Origin: Penicillus capitatus
Taxonomy: Eukaryota > Plantae > Chlorophyta
Reading direction: 5' to 3'
NCBI GenBank assembly: GCA_965649825.1
Contig: OZ287700.1
Coordinates: 372,001-436,000, forward strand
DNA length: 64,000 bases
Shown: positions 17,901 through 28,414 of the stretch, one piece after another
Layout: every line of letters starts with the position of its first letter
Position numbering within the stretch: the first letter of the stretch is position 1
Position numbers and translations under genes: made by a program
Notes under the pieces: model-generated
What the model saw: only the letters and a program-made list of their open reading frames with translations
The model's database searches: none
Told to the model about the DNA's origin: nothing

Positions 17901-18757
17901 CCATTGTCCGTCGCTTCTCCGACGTGCATGTCTTTGAAGGCGCAGAGGACCCTCCTTATGACTACTGCTGGTGCAAGTCTCAGCACGGCGTCGTCCGCCT
18001 CGTTGAACGCTTTCACCACTTGTTCCAGGTTCTGGTACGGCGACCCTTCGTCGAGAATCCTCTGGACGAGGAATCGATCCACTGACGTTAAATCCCTTTG
18101 TATCACCGAACGAGAGGTGCTGCCTTCGGCCGGAGTCTGATGCCCGAGTGCATCGCTGCTGGATGAGGGTTCCCCGTCTCCGCCGCCCCGAAGTCCGAGA
18201 TCTCCCAAGAAGATGAATCTCTCCGCGCCGCGAGTTGGATCAGACACAATGTGAATGCGGCGACGTGCAGCACTCCGCGGCAGACGGGCCAGTCGTCGCG
18301 TTGCCTCCTCCGGGTCTGAGAAGCCCTTGCAGAAAAGCGGAACCGTTGTAGTCTTGGAGAACGGTCCCTTTCGCTCCACAATCCTCCCCGCAAACTTCTC
18401 ACCTACTCGAAAGATCTGGACGAGGCCAGTACCCTCGATCTCAAGCTCGCAGACTTCCTCAGAGTCTCCCTGAGTAGAAAGCTGAAAGCTAGAACATGAA
18501 GAAGAAGAGAGCACTTGTATGCGTGCGCGAGGAGTCTGGGAGCGAGGCAGTTCTGCCCGATAGAAAGACGATCGAGGCACGTGAACCGAGGAGAGGTTCC
18601 TAGCCGTCGTGCCCCGCCGCTGCACGAGCGATTCGCCTCGTGAAGTCAATTCACGGTCGTGTCCTTTGAAGAAGACGTCTGGTGAGGCCTCCCAGCGGCG
18701 GCGATAGTGGGACGAGCGTAAGGGAAACGTCCTGGCGACACTGACAGGATCCCACAT
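11930..18757 (-). CDS. NLR-like STAND NTPase-TPR protein A (2275 aa, intronless)
   Basis: Single ORF with FAGRKDEL, Walker A GPGGIGKT, Walker B CLYVFDDA, VIVTTR, PLALAQ, and 26 TPR-like 43-aa units. True start codon uncertain. Confidence 0.9.
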   Translation of the reverse strand: MWDPVSVARTFPLRSSHYRRRWEASPDVFFKGHDRELTSRGESLVQRRGTTARNLSSVHVPRSSFYRAELPRSQTPRARIQVLSSSSCSSFQLSTQGDSEEVCELEIEGTGLVQIFRVGEKFAGRIVERKGPFSKTTTVPLFCKGFSDPEEATRRLARLPRSAARRRIHIVSDPTRGAERFIFLGDLGLRGGGDGEPSSSSDALGHQTPAEGSTSRSVIQRDLTSVDRFLVQRILDEGSPYQNLEQVVKAFNEADDAVLRLAPAVVIRRVLCAFKDMHVGEATDNGGAVVRECLALCGLDSADREHVPLLKDFFGSVRDKLCADAPNNRYLTEAIELTLQTVEAELFEDDPGCLVRLANFLLDELDPEKASFSRKTFPAQCSALHAVHECLRILGDVGLDDLDPDDPEGLHAKFEDCCRKVIDVARYYPMKYEAMLVRHSLTSSKFSKRGAHNASNAKRVVGLLYGTAGIHQAVRKAVHLDFDLGNAESVARALQQVRLQAMVQAMHQARRGEVVWEDHWLSCLHALNTAHFAAMEDPSAFEVFSEMLSSLVVEGRASDSEHCKALRFGVVEMLTMLSIHAKDGDVRRASAETLASLVERTDEWDWSSDPDLCSELLGNLAELCARGHEHEKRASHDAMDKLISNVHNPACEEAQSDWGREKKEEEEIDLVSSGEDKTSGNELFLRVWKGLEDELSAPTTEDRLQTKKKHSLASPDIVRYFAGRKDELSEIVEAFTASAESVVAKVVAGPGGIGKTQLAIKAFDHFRSKHSYDDEFWIPSGSRESITAAFLQIAEYLQIPTDDDTPELVKRVQQKLGRSRCLYVFDDAPNLELIREYVPSAGAHVIVTTRECGASEWESSAIRLEPLDEVEALILAKKFECAKSLRSKDLDDLMDLLPRTPLALAQFFSVMRDEDVWKPGEWVQRMLRYKLTPQEAETIAKLSATRSGEVATGMVFVFNSSVRKISKEPNDLGPRSLDLLAKLALLDPNGVPVDWVYKWHELEDEPSRTKTENSIKLLERFSHVSWDKKTNQIHMHAETQLLVKQLLINIDESSSSQTQQSEEQKRNTIRDHVDIIVDSISRYIGEWRTDRSNRELWTSLARNGLPLQESCENCKEHRTELKLLEHMSEAYKEMCMFRESISYAHRALKMCERLFGGADHPDLAMSIGNYAGLLTDAGRNNEALPLFKRALEMCERLYGDADHPDVLRCVNNYALGHKVAGRINEALPLYKRALEMCERLYGGADHPSLVLSIGNYAEVLKDAGRINEALPFYKRALEMCERLYGGADHPDVLRCVNNYAAGHKVAGRNNEALPLFKRALEMCERLYGDADYPDVLRCVNNYALGHKVAGRNNEALPLFKRALEMCERLYGDADHPDLVLSIGNIAEVLKDAGRNNEALPLFKRALEMCERLYGDADHPDVLRCVNNYALGHKVAGRNNEALPLFKRALEMCERLYGDADHPDLVLSIGNIAEVLKDAGGNNEALPLFKRALEMCERLYGGADHPDVLRCVNNYAAGHNVAGRNNEALPLFKRALEMCERLYGGADHPSLVLSIGNYAEVLKDAGRIDEALPLYKRALEMCERLYGDADHPDVFRCVNNYAHVLKVAGRINEALPLFKQSLEMCERLYGGADHPSLVLSIGNYAEVLKDAGRIDEALPRYKRALEMCERLYGDADHPDVFRCVNNYAHVLKVAGRINEALPLYKRALEMCERLYGGADHPSLVLSIGNYAEVLKDAGRINEALPFYKRALEMCERLYGDADHPDVFRCVNNYALGHKVAGRNNEALPLFKQSLDMCERLYGGADHPSLVLSIGNYADVLKDAGRINEALPLFKQSLEMCERLYGDADHPDVLRCVNNYALGHKVAGRNNEALPLFKRALEMCERLYGDADHPDLVLSIGNIAEVLKDAGRNNEALPLFKRALEMCERLYGDADHPDVFRCVNNYAHVLKVAGRINEALPLFKQSLEMCERLYGDADHPSLVLSIGNYAEVLKDAGRINEALPLFKRALEMCERLYGDADHPDVFRCVNNYAHVLKVAGRINEALPLFKQSLEMCERLYGGADHPSLVLSIGNYADVLKDAGRINEALPLFKQSLEMCERLYGDADHPDVFRCVNNYAHVLKVADRNNEALPLFKQSLDMCERLYGGADHPSLVLSIGNYAEVLKDAGRINEALPLFKRALEMCERLYGDADHPDVFRCVNNYAHVLKVAGRINEALPLFKRALEMCERLYGDADHPDIERCIRNYANCLVGIGRGNEALPYLRGADEMLERLGDN
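11933..15292 (-). repeat. Coding tandem array: 25 x 129-bp TPR units plus a capping unit
   Basis: Units begin G(D/G)AD(H/Y)P every 129 bp from 15292 to 12067. DV(L/F)RCVNN and (S/D)LVLSIGN types alternate almost strictly. Confidence 0.95.
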
Positions 18758-20462
18758 CTATCGAATGTGACATTGAAACACGAGTCTTCGGCAGAGAGTT
18801 CGTCACCTTTGAAGCTGTGTAGAAGCTGAATTGGCTCGAACCCGGTGTGCATTCCCTGTGTCGAAGGCCCTGATGGACAGCATGCAACTCTGATAGCAGG
18901 TTTCGAACAGTCGGCGATTACCTGGACCGGACGAGGCAGTTTGCGGCGCTCGCCGTCAACCACCTTCGTCCCTTCGGAGATTTCCATCCGGTAAGGCTTC
19001 CAGTCCGCGTCCGCTACCGGCGCCGTCGTACGGATTCCGGTCGACACGCCTCTATCAGTAGTCGGCGAACGTACGCACTGGAGGCGCGAAGTCGTGGACG
19101 AGCATGCGGATGTGTCAGGGACCTTACCGGTTTTACAAATCTGCAGTACTCTCCTTCTTTGCCTGACCATTCGGACGTTTTCCCGGAGGAGAGAGAACCG
19201 TCGCGCATTTTGCCGATGCGCGGCGACGCGCCGTTGCTCTCGGCGACGTTGCGAAGAAGATGAGGTGTACGATTCTTCATGGCAAGAGGTTCGGATTTGA
19301 CTGCGCGAACACGTCCTGGTGTTCTTGGAAATGAAACACGTAAACAGAGAAACTCAGATAGATGGTACGGATACTCTGCTGGCAGGATGATTGCGCAATC
19401 GGCGCAATGCGCCTAATGAAACAAATCGAAAGTGCTCATGCGCAGTTGACTGCTGAGCGATCGTCGAGGACGTCGACGATGAGCCTGTGGGCTATGGAGG
19501 GCATCATGCTACTTGCATCGGTTTAGAGTATCAGTCGCCGCCGAAGCAGATCCTTTTAACGCTGATGGAGGCTTCGCATGTTTGGGAACACTCGAGATGC
19601 AGTCTGGGAATCGTCAGAGTGGAGAAGAATGTAATGCTTTAGCCATCCGCGAATGGGCAGTCTCGAGCGCAAAGCAAAGAAGCCGAGTGTGGACGCTTCG
19701 TCGCAGCGCACGATGTGGTCGCGTGGAGTGGACGACGGACGAAAGCTCACGGATCCGAAGCATCCTGCGCTTCTCACACGTCGAAGAGCTCATTAGTTTT
19801 GCATTTCACCGTCCTATGGCAAACGCGGCAGAGAGGCACAGCAGATACATCGTCCAGCACTGTTTCCTACTGATGTACGCGGTTCAAGCGTCGAATGGGT
19901 GAAGGAGAAGGATCTCCGGATCAACGACTCTCCAAATCCGGGAGTATTGCGGCAGGAAAGCCGACAAAGGGATACTGAAGATACGTCTCGGAACAAACAA
20001 AAAGACAGACGCGATCATACGATTCTGGTTCTTTAGTGTCGTTTGGTAATAACTTTGTATAGCAGTCCGCCCACGACCGATGTGAGCTCTCCCCAACTGA
20101 CATTAGGCATTTCAGAATGTGATTTGTAATTTCAACTGCGTTGCTGCAAAACAATGGACAGGCTCTTTTTAGCCTAAAAGAATTCGATCGTTTAGTTGCA
20201 AGAAGACTCTCGAAATTTATCAATTTCTTTCAGACCGATGACATCTCTCCGAGGGATTAGGACACATCGATACTGATAACTGTGTCGAGTAGTTATGGCG
20301 AGGAAGAAACTAGAGTCTCAGTCAAAGACAAAGTGCTACTACTCCTCTGTCTTCAGACGTTGACAACGAGATCTCACAAAGCAGACCCGTGTTTGAGATA
20401 CTTTCGCAGAACTTTGGACTGTCAAATCATGATCCACGACAAGAGAGAAGCCATTGGATATC

Positions 20463-23400
20463 TCATTTCTTAGATCGCATTATTGCCTCCACGTGCGAAA
20501 TGTCAAACTTCAATTTGTCTTCTCGCAAGATGGAGCTCTTCAGCATGAGCAGCTCGTCTCTGGTGTAACGCAGTCGATGCAAGTGGTCTTTCGATTCGAT
20601 GCCACGAATCCCTTGAATTTCCAGCTTCACAGAACTCTTGGCTCCACGACAACAGGGACTCTGAGACTGCTTCATTTCTTTCACCAGCAGCGCTCTGCTC
20701 TCTGCAGCCTGTCGCCTGTCATTTCCCAAATCACTCAGAAACCATTGACAGATGAATAATGCCGTTTTTGATGCATCTGTCATCTGTCACAGCACAACAG
20801 GTGACGATAGAATACAAGAATGTATTCGTGCCTTTGGTGGTGCGAGGGAAACTAACTGTTTGCACTCGGATGCGATGTCTTCCAGAGAAGGCTTTTCTGA
20901 TACAGACAGTAGATCATAGCACCTCTTGAATGACACCAGGCAGACAAGCCCTGCAGCCGAGACATCACTGACGTCACCCTCGTCTGCCTTCAATTGATCG
21001 AGCCACTTCTCGAAGTGACCGTCTCTGACTTCTTCCAACACTGCGATGAAGAGGCTTTCTCCCGAAACCGATCTCGCTCCGCTGATCTCGCCAATCGCAT
21101 TCTGGATCTCGCGGACAGTCCCTTGGGCGCAGGACAAACCTACTGCTTGCAGCAATGCTTTTCTGAGAGCCTGCAGCACTTGACCCTTGTCTATCCGGTT
21201 TCTCAGCGCATCTGTACTGAAAAGACGTCGAAGCAGCTTTGTAGCATTTGGAAAAGTCGCATTGGACGAAAGAACCTGAAAACGCGACATCGACACACGA
21301 AACATCCAAGCGTAGTGCACTACCTGCAGCGCTGTTTCGAGATCCTGTCCAATCAGGAGGTCGACGACACATGCTTCCCAGGATTCAGTGCTGCTGTCCA
21401 TGCGCCGGTTGCCTCTCTTCGCAAAGGCATCTTGAAGACGTCGGTCTTCTTTCAGAAACTTGACTCCTGCCACACAGATGGCGTCGTCGTCTAGCTTGGC
21501 TTCCTGATACGTCTTCACGGCCTCTGCTGGCTCTCCGAGCGTCAACAGATGCATTGCGGCCAGGTGTGTCTCCCCTAGGGACTGCAGGAGTGCAACGTAC
21601 TTGTACACGATGGATCGGTAGAATGGTTTTCCAGCAGGCACGAAAAAGGGCAAAAACTCCCCAGACATCGCTCTGTTGTCGAAGAGGACGTCTGCAGCTT
21701 TACGATATTGCTGTGCCCACAGATAACGCAGCGCAATCTGCTCAGACGTTCTTTGATCGAGCTTGGACGTGTTCGCAGCCGCATCCAAACTCTCGACCAG
21801 AACATCTGTCGCCTCCATAGGGTTTTCGTGCAGTCCCCAGTTCTGAACGGTTTTCCAGAAATGTTCAGAAACTGCTTCCTGAGACAGAGCTGGTCCACCA
21901 GGAAGCAAGACACTCGGCAATTGCTCGAGAATCGAGTCCTTGAGATGCGACGGGGTAGTCCTCTTGTGCTGTGATATCGCTCTGTCCCTCAGAGTGGACA
22001 GTTTCCGTTTGCCAGTTCGGATCGGCGGCACCGTGGAGCGATCGGGAAAATGGGCATCTGGTTCTTCTTTCAACTTGAAAAGACTGCCAGACGATGCCGC
22101 TGCGGCAACGCTGAGCAGATGAGGCCCCTGTTCTGCCGCACTCTTCTTTCTTCTTTCGAAAGCGGCTCCAAAATCTGTCAGCTCCCCTTCTGGGACGGAT
22201 CTCTTGCCAAGAGACGATGAGCCGTAACGCGACACTCGAGTGGCGAGAGCACATGATGGCTCGATGACGTGCTGCGTCACTTCCTTCGCCCGGGTCACGC
22301 AGTGACATGCATGCGAGACGATGAAGACATTTCTCACGTGCATCTGTGCCACAAATAATGTCAACTTCTTCGAGAGAGGGGACCAGATTGTAGCCGTTTC
22401 CACAGGAGACCCCGAAGAGACATCCCATACCTAGCATGAATAACATGCCTTGCAGGTGACGAGGAAAGAAAAAGGTCTATGCACCTTGATCTCTTTCTGC
22501 AGATGGAGAGCGCAGAGGGCAGAGTCGGCAAGGGGATGCCACTGAACACAGCAGAGACCGCTCTGTTGCCATCTACAGACTTCATCCAGTTCGTCGTCTT
22601 TCATTCCAACCACCGAGATGGCATCTTTCGCGAGAACAACCAGTCGATCGTCACGACTTGGATGCCACTCGAGATGTTGAAGACGTGAGTTGTGCAGTTG
22701 GATGGTTGAGATGACTTCAGCTTCCTCCATTCTGTCAGGAAACCTGAGCCGGATCAGCTTTCCAAGTTCTGTTCCAATAACCAGATACTCTCCTTTGTGG
22801 CTGAAGCCGAGAGCTGTGATTTTTTGTGCGACGTTCAGATTCTCAAGAATGCCGGATACCTACATCAAGAATTCGGCGCCAAGGAAAGAGCGAAGCGTGA
22901 CGCTCACATTTGCTGGATCCTCGCAGTGGGCAGCAGATGGTTCGGTTTTCTTGGCGTTCTTGGTATCTTGGGCTGCGCCTTTCCAGTCGCTTTCAAAAAT
23001 CGATAACCATCGGAGAAGGCATCCTTCTGTTCCCAAGGAAAACAGATCATATCCACCAGATACACTGCCTGTCCATTCAAATGCAAACACTCATGAAGGC
23101 GCGCGTCTCAGATTCCACGCACTCGCCTGATGTGACACCGAGATGCCAATGAAGCGACTTGACGGCGCCTCTGTGGCGATGACGATACGTCCAGTATTTG
23201 TCGTTCTCTCCCATCAGACCCACGTGACCATCTTCGCATCCGTATGCAAGGACGCCTAGTGATCATTCCCTCAACAGCTGTCTCAAACGCAACGGAGTCG
23301 TGCATTCTGATGCAGGGCACCATTTCACCGCGGTGACCTTCCGAGAGATCCCCCTCCATTTCAGCTGAGACCTGACGAAGCCCTCTTCTTTCTCTTTCGC

Positions 23401-25052
23401 AGGCAGCACTCTGATCGTCTTGTCCGCACAACCGACAGCGAGAGTGTCGCTCTTGTTTATGTCCATGCAAGTCACATCACCTCCCAGACTGCTCCAACTT
23501 GTCTTGAGCCTAGACTGTCTCCAATTTCCTGATCCGGACGCTTCGCAGAGACACAAGTTTCTGTCCATGCTTGTCGAGATCCATCGAAATGTGTCCTCTC
23601 CTTCCGAAGGCAGTCGATCAAGTGAGAAGACTATACGACGATGGAACTGCGGAAGATGGATGGCGGAACCCATTTTCACAACACCTTGGGAAACAAATGC
23701 TAGTTAAGTAAAGATACTGGACATTGGTCCTCCCCACGGGTTAGCTGAGCGTCAAAATCGATCTTCCACGCAGCGGCTTCTCCACGGAAGCTCGCCAAGA
23801 TCCACGCAGATGCGTCCGCAGGAGAAGACGCCTCTGTCCAAAAGGAACAGGCAACCAGCCATGGATGACACTGGGCACCGAGCTTCGCGGGCTTAGGAAA
23901 TGCGAACGACCGAAGATGGCGGAGCCTCTCGCTCTTGCCGCTACATCCCACGATATGGAGACTTCCATCACGAGTGCCTTCAGGAAAGATTGTGAGAAAA
24001 AGAGTCGAACGCGCGAGTCCTCGACATACATGCGATGAGAGCACCACTGTCATCGATTTCTCTTCGGACCCCGAGGTGCAGGGCGATCTGCTCTGGTTCC
24101 TTCCCGGGAACTTCACTCAGTGCGACGTCGACGTGACTTCGATCAATTCTCTTTGGTTTCGGCGATGCACGCAGCCATCTCACACTCTGAATGGGGGCAC
24201 GACTGATGGACAGGTTTGCGATGGAACAGTCTCTATCGGTGTCCAACAAAGTTAAGATCCCCTTTTCGCACGCGGCAACAACCTGCAGTGGCTGTGCATC
24301 ACACCATCGGTGAAGTGGATGTGGCACGGACCAGTGCTGCATGACTGGGGACAGGTGACACACTCGTTACGGCTGAACCCAGTTTCGTGGTTAGTCTCTT
24401 CGGTTTCCCTTCTGTAAGAATGAGCACAGTTTGTGGCAGTTACAGAAGGACAGTCTCACTCGTACGCAGCCGCCACACCATGATCTCGCCTCGCCCGTCC
24501 CCAATGACAACAGCGTCCAAGGCATTGACACTTCAGCTCCGCATTGTCGGACAAGAATTCTTAGTAGTTAATTGGTTTTACTTCGTAAAGGCACCGAGGG
24601 CGGTGAGTTCAGCCGGTTGCTTGTAGAGCGTCTTCGAGCAATGCATTCTCTCAACGTCCCACGCGCGAACTGTTCGATCTTGTCCGAAGGAACACAACTG
24701 TCCATTTCCACAGAAGCACAGGCCGGTCACTCTAGTCACACAAAACGAAGATGTCGTCGTTTCTGGTAGTGATGATGTCCGACTTCCGATTGTGTCCGTG
24801 CAGCAGGCTTTGCAGTTGGTAGGTTCGAAGGTCAAGAACGACGATCGTATTGTTAGCAGCGAAGGCATAGCGATCTCCGTTAGCGGAAACGCTTGTTGCA
24901 TGGTTGCAAAACCTACGGCCGTCGTGCTGTCAGCAGACACGGTCGCGAACAAAAGCGACTTGCCAATTGGGAGAGGGCAGCAGCAGTGGAACCTCCGTCA
25001 TCAGAACGAAGCGAAAATGAAGAAAACTCAGCAATTTGTCAATGAATGGCAT
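20463..25052 (-). CDS. WD40-repeat protein with C-terminal TPR-like dimerisation region, Gemin5-like (multi-exon)
   Basis: Many WD-type exons (DRTVRAWD, LAVGCADKTIRV, LSIWD). HLAAMHLLTLGEPAEAVKTYQEAKLDDDAICVA resembles the Gemin5 TPR module. Boundaries approximate. Confidence 0.6.
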
Positions 25053-25182
25053 CACCGACGCAAACCACCACCATAAGGTGTACGCCTGTCACTCGTCGCA
25101 TGTCAGTGTGTCGAATACGATTCCAAAATGTCGCCGCAACTCAAGACGACGGGACCAGGCTGAAAATCCGCTGCAAGTTTAG

Positions 25183-25900
25183 GTGATTCGAATCTCGTGC
25201 ATTGTGCACGATCCTCATACGAACGTCACTTCACGAGCACGACGCTTTGAGCTAGAAAGGATCATCGCAAAGCTACACAAACATGGTGCAAAGTTAATGC
25301 GAGGAAGACGGACGGTGTTTTCAACAACGACTGTGAAGCGTCTGGGTTTCGAAATCTCACAAGAACACTGGACATTGAAAAATGAATGACTATCGTCAGA
25401 GAGGAGACGGCATGTGTCGGGTCTGCTGCCATTAGGGAAGACGACTTCAGAGGGTTTGTGGGGACACACGTTCATTCCAAATTCGACGAGTAGTAGGTCT
25501 AAGAGGCCTCCTTGTCCTTTTCCAGGTGGTATCCGATCTCGCCGTATGACTTGCTCGTCGCCAGCGTCGAACTTGACCTCGGATTTTCCCGCTGCGCGAG
25601 AACTGGTTGGTAAAGATGCAAATTGTCTCACTCGATGTATCGACCACCTGGTTTCGCTGTTTATGGCAGAAACCGTTTCCAAGGATCGATTCCACAATAA
25701 AACGCATCTTCGCCATACAAAGTGCAACCATCGAATTTCTCTATCAATGACACACATAAACGCCATATTCAGCGCCGTTGTATCGCGGTTCAGAAACAGC
25801 AAAATCGTGCGTCAAACGCGATTAGACCGAAGCAGTTTCCAAACGACGTCCCGTTTGCAGGTTGGGCAAAAACGGCGCCGATTACAAATGTCTAGAAGCA
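25183..25900 (+). mobile_element. Degraded LTR-retrotransposon RT remnant
   Basis: LERIIAKLHKHGAKLMRGRRTVFSTTTVKRLGFEIS resembles the Gypsy RT C-terminus (VLxKLxxxGLxLNxxKC.F....V.YLG..IS). No LTRs found. Confidence 0.4.
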
Positions 25901-26532
25901 TTTGAAATCAGACACTGCAGGTTCGAACAGTGTCTACAGAAGAGGTGGATACCGGCAAACGATTAGCAAGTGTTCTGCATCTAGCACCGTTCTTGGCCGT
26001 GGACTTGAGAATAATGTACTGTAAACGCTGTAGCAGATTTCTCGGTAATCTAAGGACGACATGAACGCATTATTGTGCACGGCGTCACAGACAACTGACT
26101 TTCCGCATCTTATGCTTTCCAGCGGTCTCCGACGGACATTATTTAACTTCAAAACAACATCCTGAAGTCGCCCGAGACGAAATGCTGGCCGACTTCGGAA
26201 AACTCCGGTTCTGTTATGGCATCATGCTGCCATCGGTTGACTCGAACCGTCGCTAGAATACGGTCTTCAACATTGGAAGCACGTAAGTCTTAAACTCTGG
26301 TTCACATGGAGAGTTTTGTCAGATAGGGTTCATTTGGATGCGACTTGAAAGACAGCTCGACATCGAAGATCTCAAATAATCCTTGAAAACTAGACTACAC
26401 GGCATCTTTGAAAGGAGGATGTACACTTCAGCCTCGTTGTGTTTGAATGTCGTTCGATGTTTGTTGTTCGTGATAAGACAAGCAGATAATAATAAAATTG
26501 AAAATCTAGTGGCAGTGGAGCTGAATGAAGGA

Positions 26533-28286
26533 TCAAGGTTTCAACATATTAGTAAGGGTGTTCCGAATCTGCTTGGAACAGGAAGGATTCCATAGACAAA
26601 TATAGTCGAGCGGGACTTTCCCGTCTTTCGCTTTTATTCTCTTTGACTTTGACCCTCCATGGGCTAACAGCATCTGAACCGGAACGTCAGAAAAAAGAAT
26701 TGAAATAGTGCTTACTACTACCCTGACAGCCTCGACGCTTCCTTTTAGCGATGCATAGTGAAGAGGCGTGTATCCACTGTCAAAGGCAACGACATTAACA
26801 TTAGCGCCGCCATATTCTACGAGAACCTGTGAATCAAACACTTAGACAACACAGACCTAAGTAGTTTCAGTGACACTTGAGCGACGTTTGGATGTACATA
26901 CATTACAGCATGGTGCAGTGGCGTCATTCCATTTTTGTTGTAGGCATTTACATGGGCTCCGCTATCCAGCAGAATCTGCAGTTCACCATATGGGATCGAT
27001 TTCGAAAAAGAGGACGGAAGTCGTGCTTGCCTTAGTAACAAAAACGTGTCCATTATGTGCGGCAAACAGCAGTGGAGTGGTGCTCATCCTGTCAACGGCA
27101 TTGACATTCGCTCCATAGTCCACAAGAACCTGTAAATCGATTGGTCAGCCGAGTGAGGAAAACAGATTCTGGCGTCACCTGAACGACATCGGCGTATCCC
27201 TTGGTTGCTGCAGTGTGTAGAGATGTTGCCCTGTTCATATCGGTAGAATTCGTATCAGCTCCACCATCCAGGAGAGCCTCCAACTCGTCACGTCGGGTAC
27301 GATTGTCGACAGAGCCAGGTACTCACCTTCACGATGCCCGCATGACCAAAGTTTGCCGCCACGAAAAGAACGGATTGTAAAGACTGGCCGCCCGAGATAT
27401 CTACGTCGATTCCGGCATCAATGAGAATCTGTGAATGCGTCTCGCACACTTGGATGCAGAATAAACTCCATCATTACCTTCACTGCTCCAAGATGTCCGT
27501 TTGCTATGGTACGATTGAGCAGCTCCCATTCCATGATGTGTATGTCTGCGCCATTGTCGAGGAGAACCTGATTCGTGATTTGTTATGCAGACTTGACGAA
27601 AAAAAGGACTTGCGGAATCACTTTCATCGATCCAACATGTCCATGGACGGCCGCAAGATGAACTGGTGTTCTTCCATCCCACTGTCGAGCATTGACATCG
27701 GCTTCGGCTTCCGCGAGAACCTGCCGAATAAATGATCTGTGAGGTGTTTGTCTCCAAACGCATCATCAGACTTTCACCTTAATGACGTCGGCGTGTCCAA
27801 GAAACGCCGCAGCGTGAAGAGATGTTCTTTTACTGTCAGCAAGGGCGTCGACATACGCACCGTAACCAATAAGCACCTTGATAGAAGAAATGCAAATAAG
27901 ATCAAACGAAAAAAGGAACCGGTAAACCCTTAACGCATCGCAGTCTACCGCTATAGAGTATGGCCGCATCCGAGAACGTAAAATACGCCTGACCGCCAGA
28001 CGTGATGATCCGAAGGGATACGGCTCTATCTGTTCTCACGATACGCACCTTAGCGCAGTGAGGAGCGTAGTAGACAGCAGCCCAGTGCAGCAGAGTCGAG
28101 CCTTTCTGCATCTGGTAACCCCTGACTTCGACACTGTCTTCGTACTCACTGTCGGGATACAATCCTGCCGCAAGAAGTGCCTCTGCGTTGATCGCATCGT
28201 CCACTTGAATAGCAGATATCATTTTCTGGACGTCACACGAAGCCTATGCAATCCAATCGTGCACCAGCCCTGCTCACCGTGACCAT
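26533..28286 (-). CDS. Ankyrin-repeat protein (multi-exon)
   Basis: GSTLLHWAA, KRTSLHAAAFLGHADVI, RATSLHTAATKGYADVV, GMTPLHHAV, GYTPLHYASLKG, DGKVPLDY on successive exons. Confidence 0.85.
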
Positions 28287-28414
28287 CTCAGTTTGAGACA
28301 GCTTTGCGTATTGTTTGCGTCTTTTGCATATCTTCCTTTCTGTCTTCTTATCCGTCTTACATTCCGTTTCCTTGACTCGATGCTATACTCGAATGATCAG
28401 CGTTCTGTCAAGTG

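Larger units (their letters stand above)
5438..19990 (-). repeat. Arm A of inverted segmental duplication (partner 44530-62450)
   Basis: Collinear inverted anchors: 5438-5591/62292-62447, 5590-5660/61030-61103, ~5800-5990/60710-60900, ~6180-6380/60480-60660, ~6440-6600/54380-54520, ~7000-7107/53115-53230, NLR genes, and ~18760-19990/44530-45750. Confidence 0.9.
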
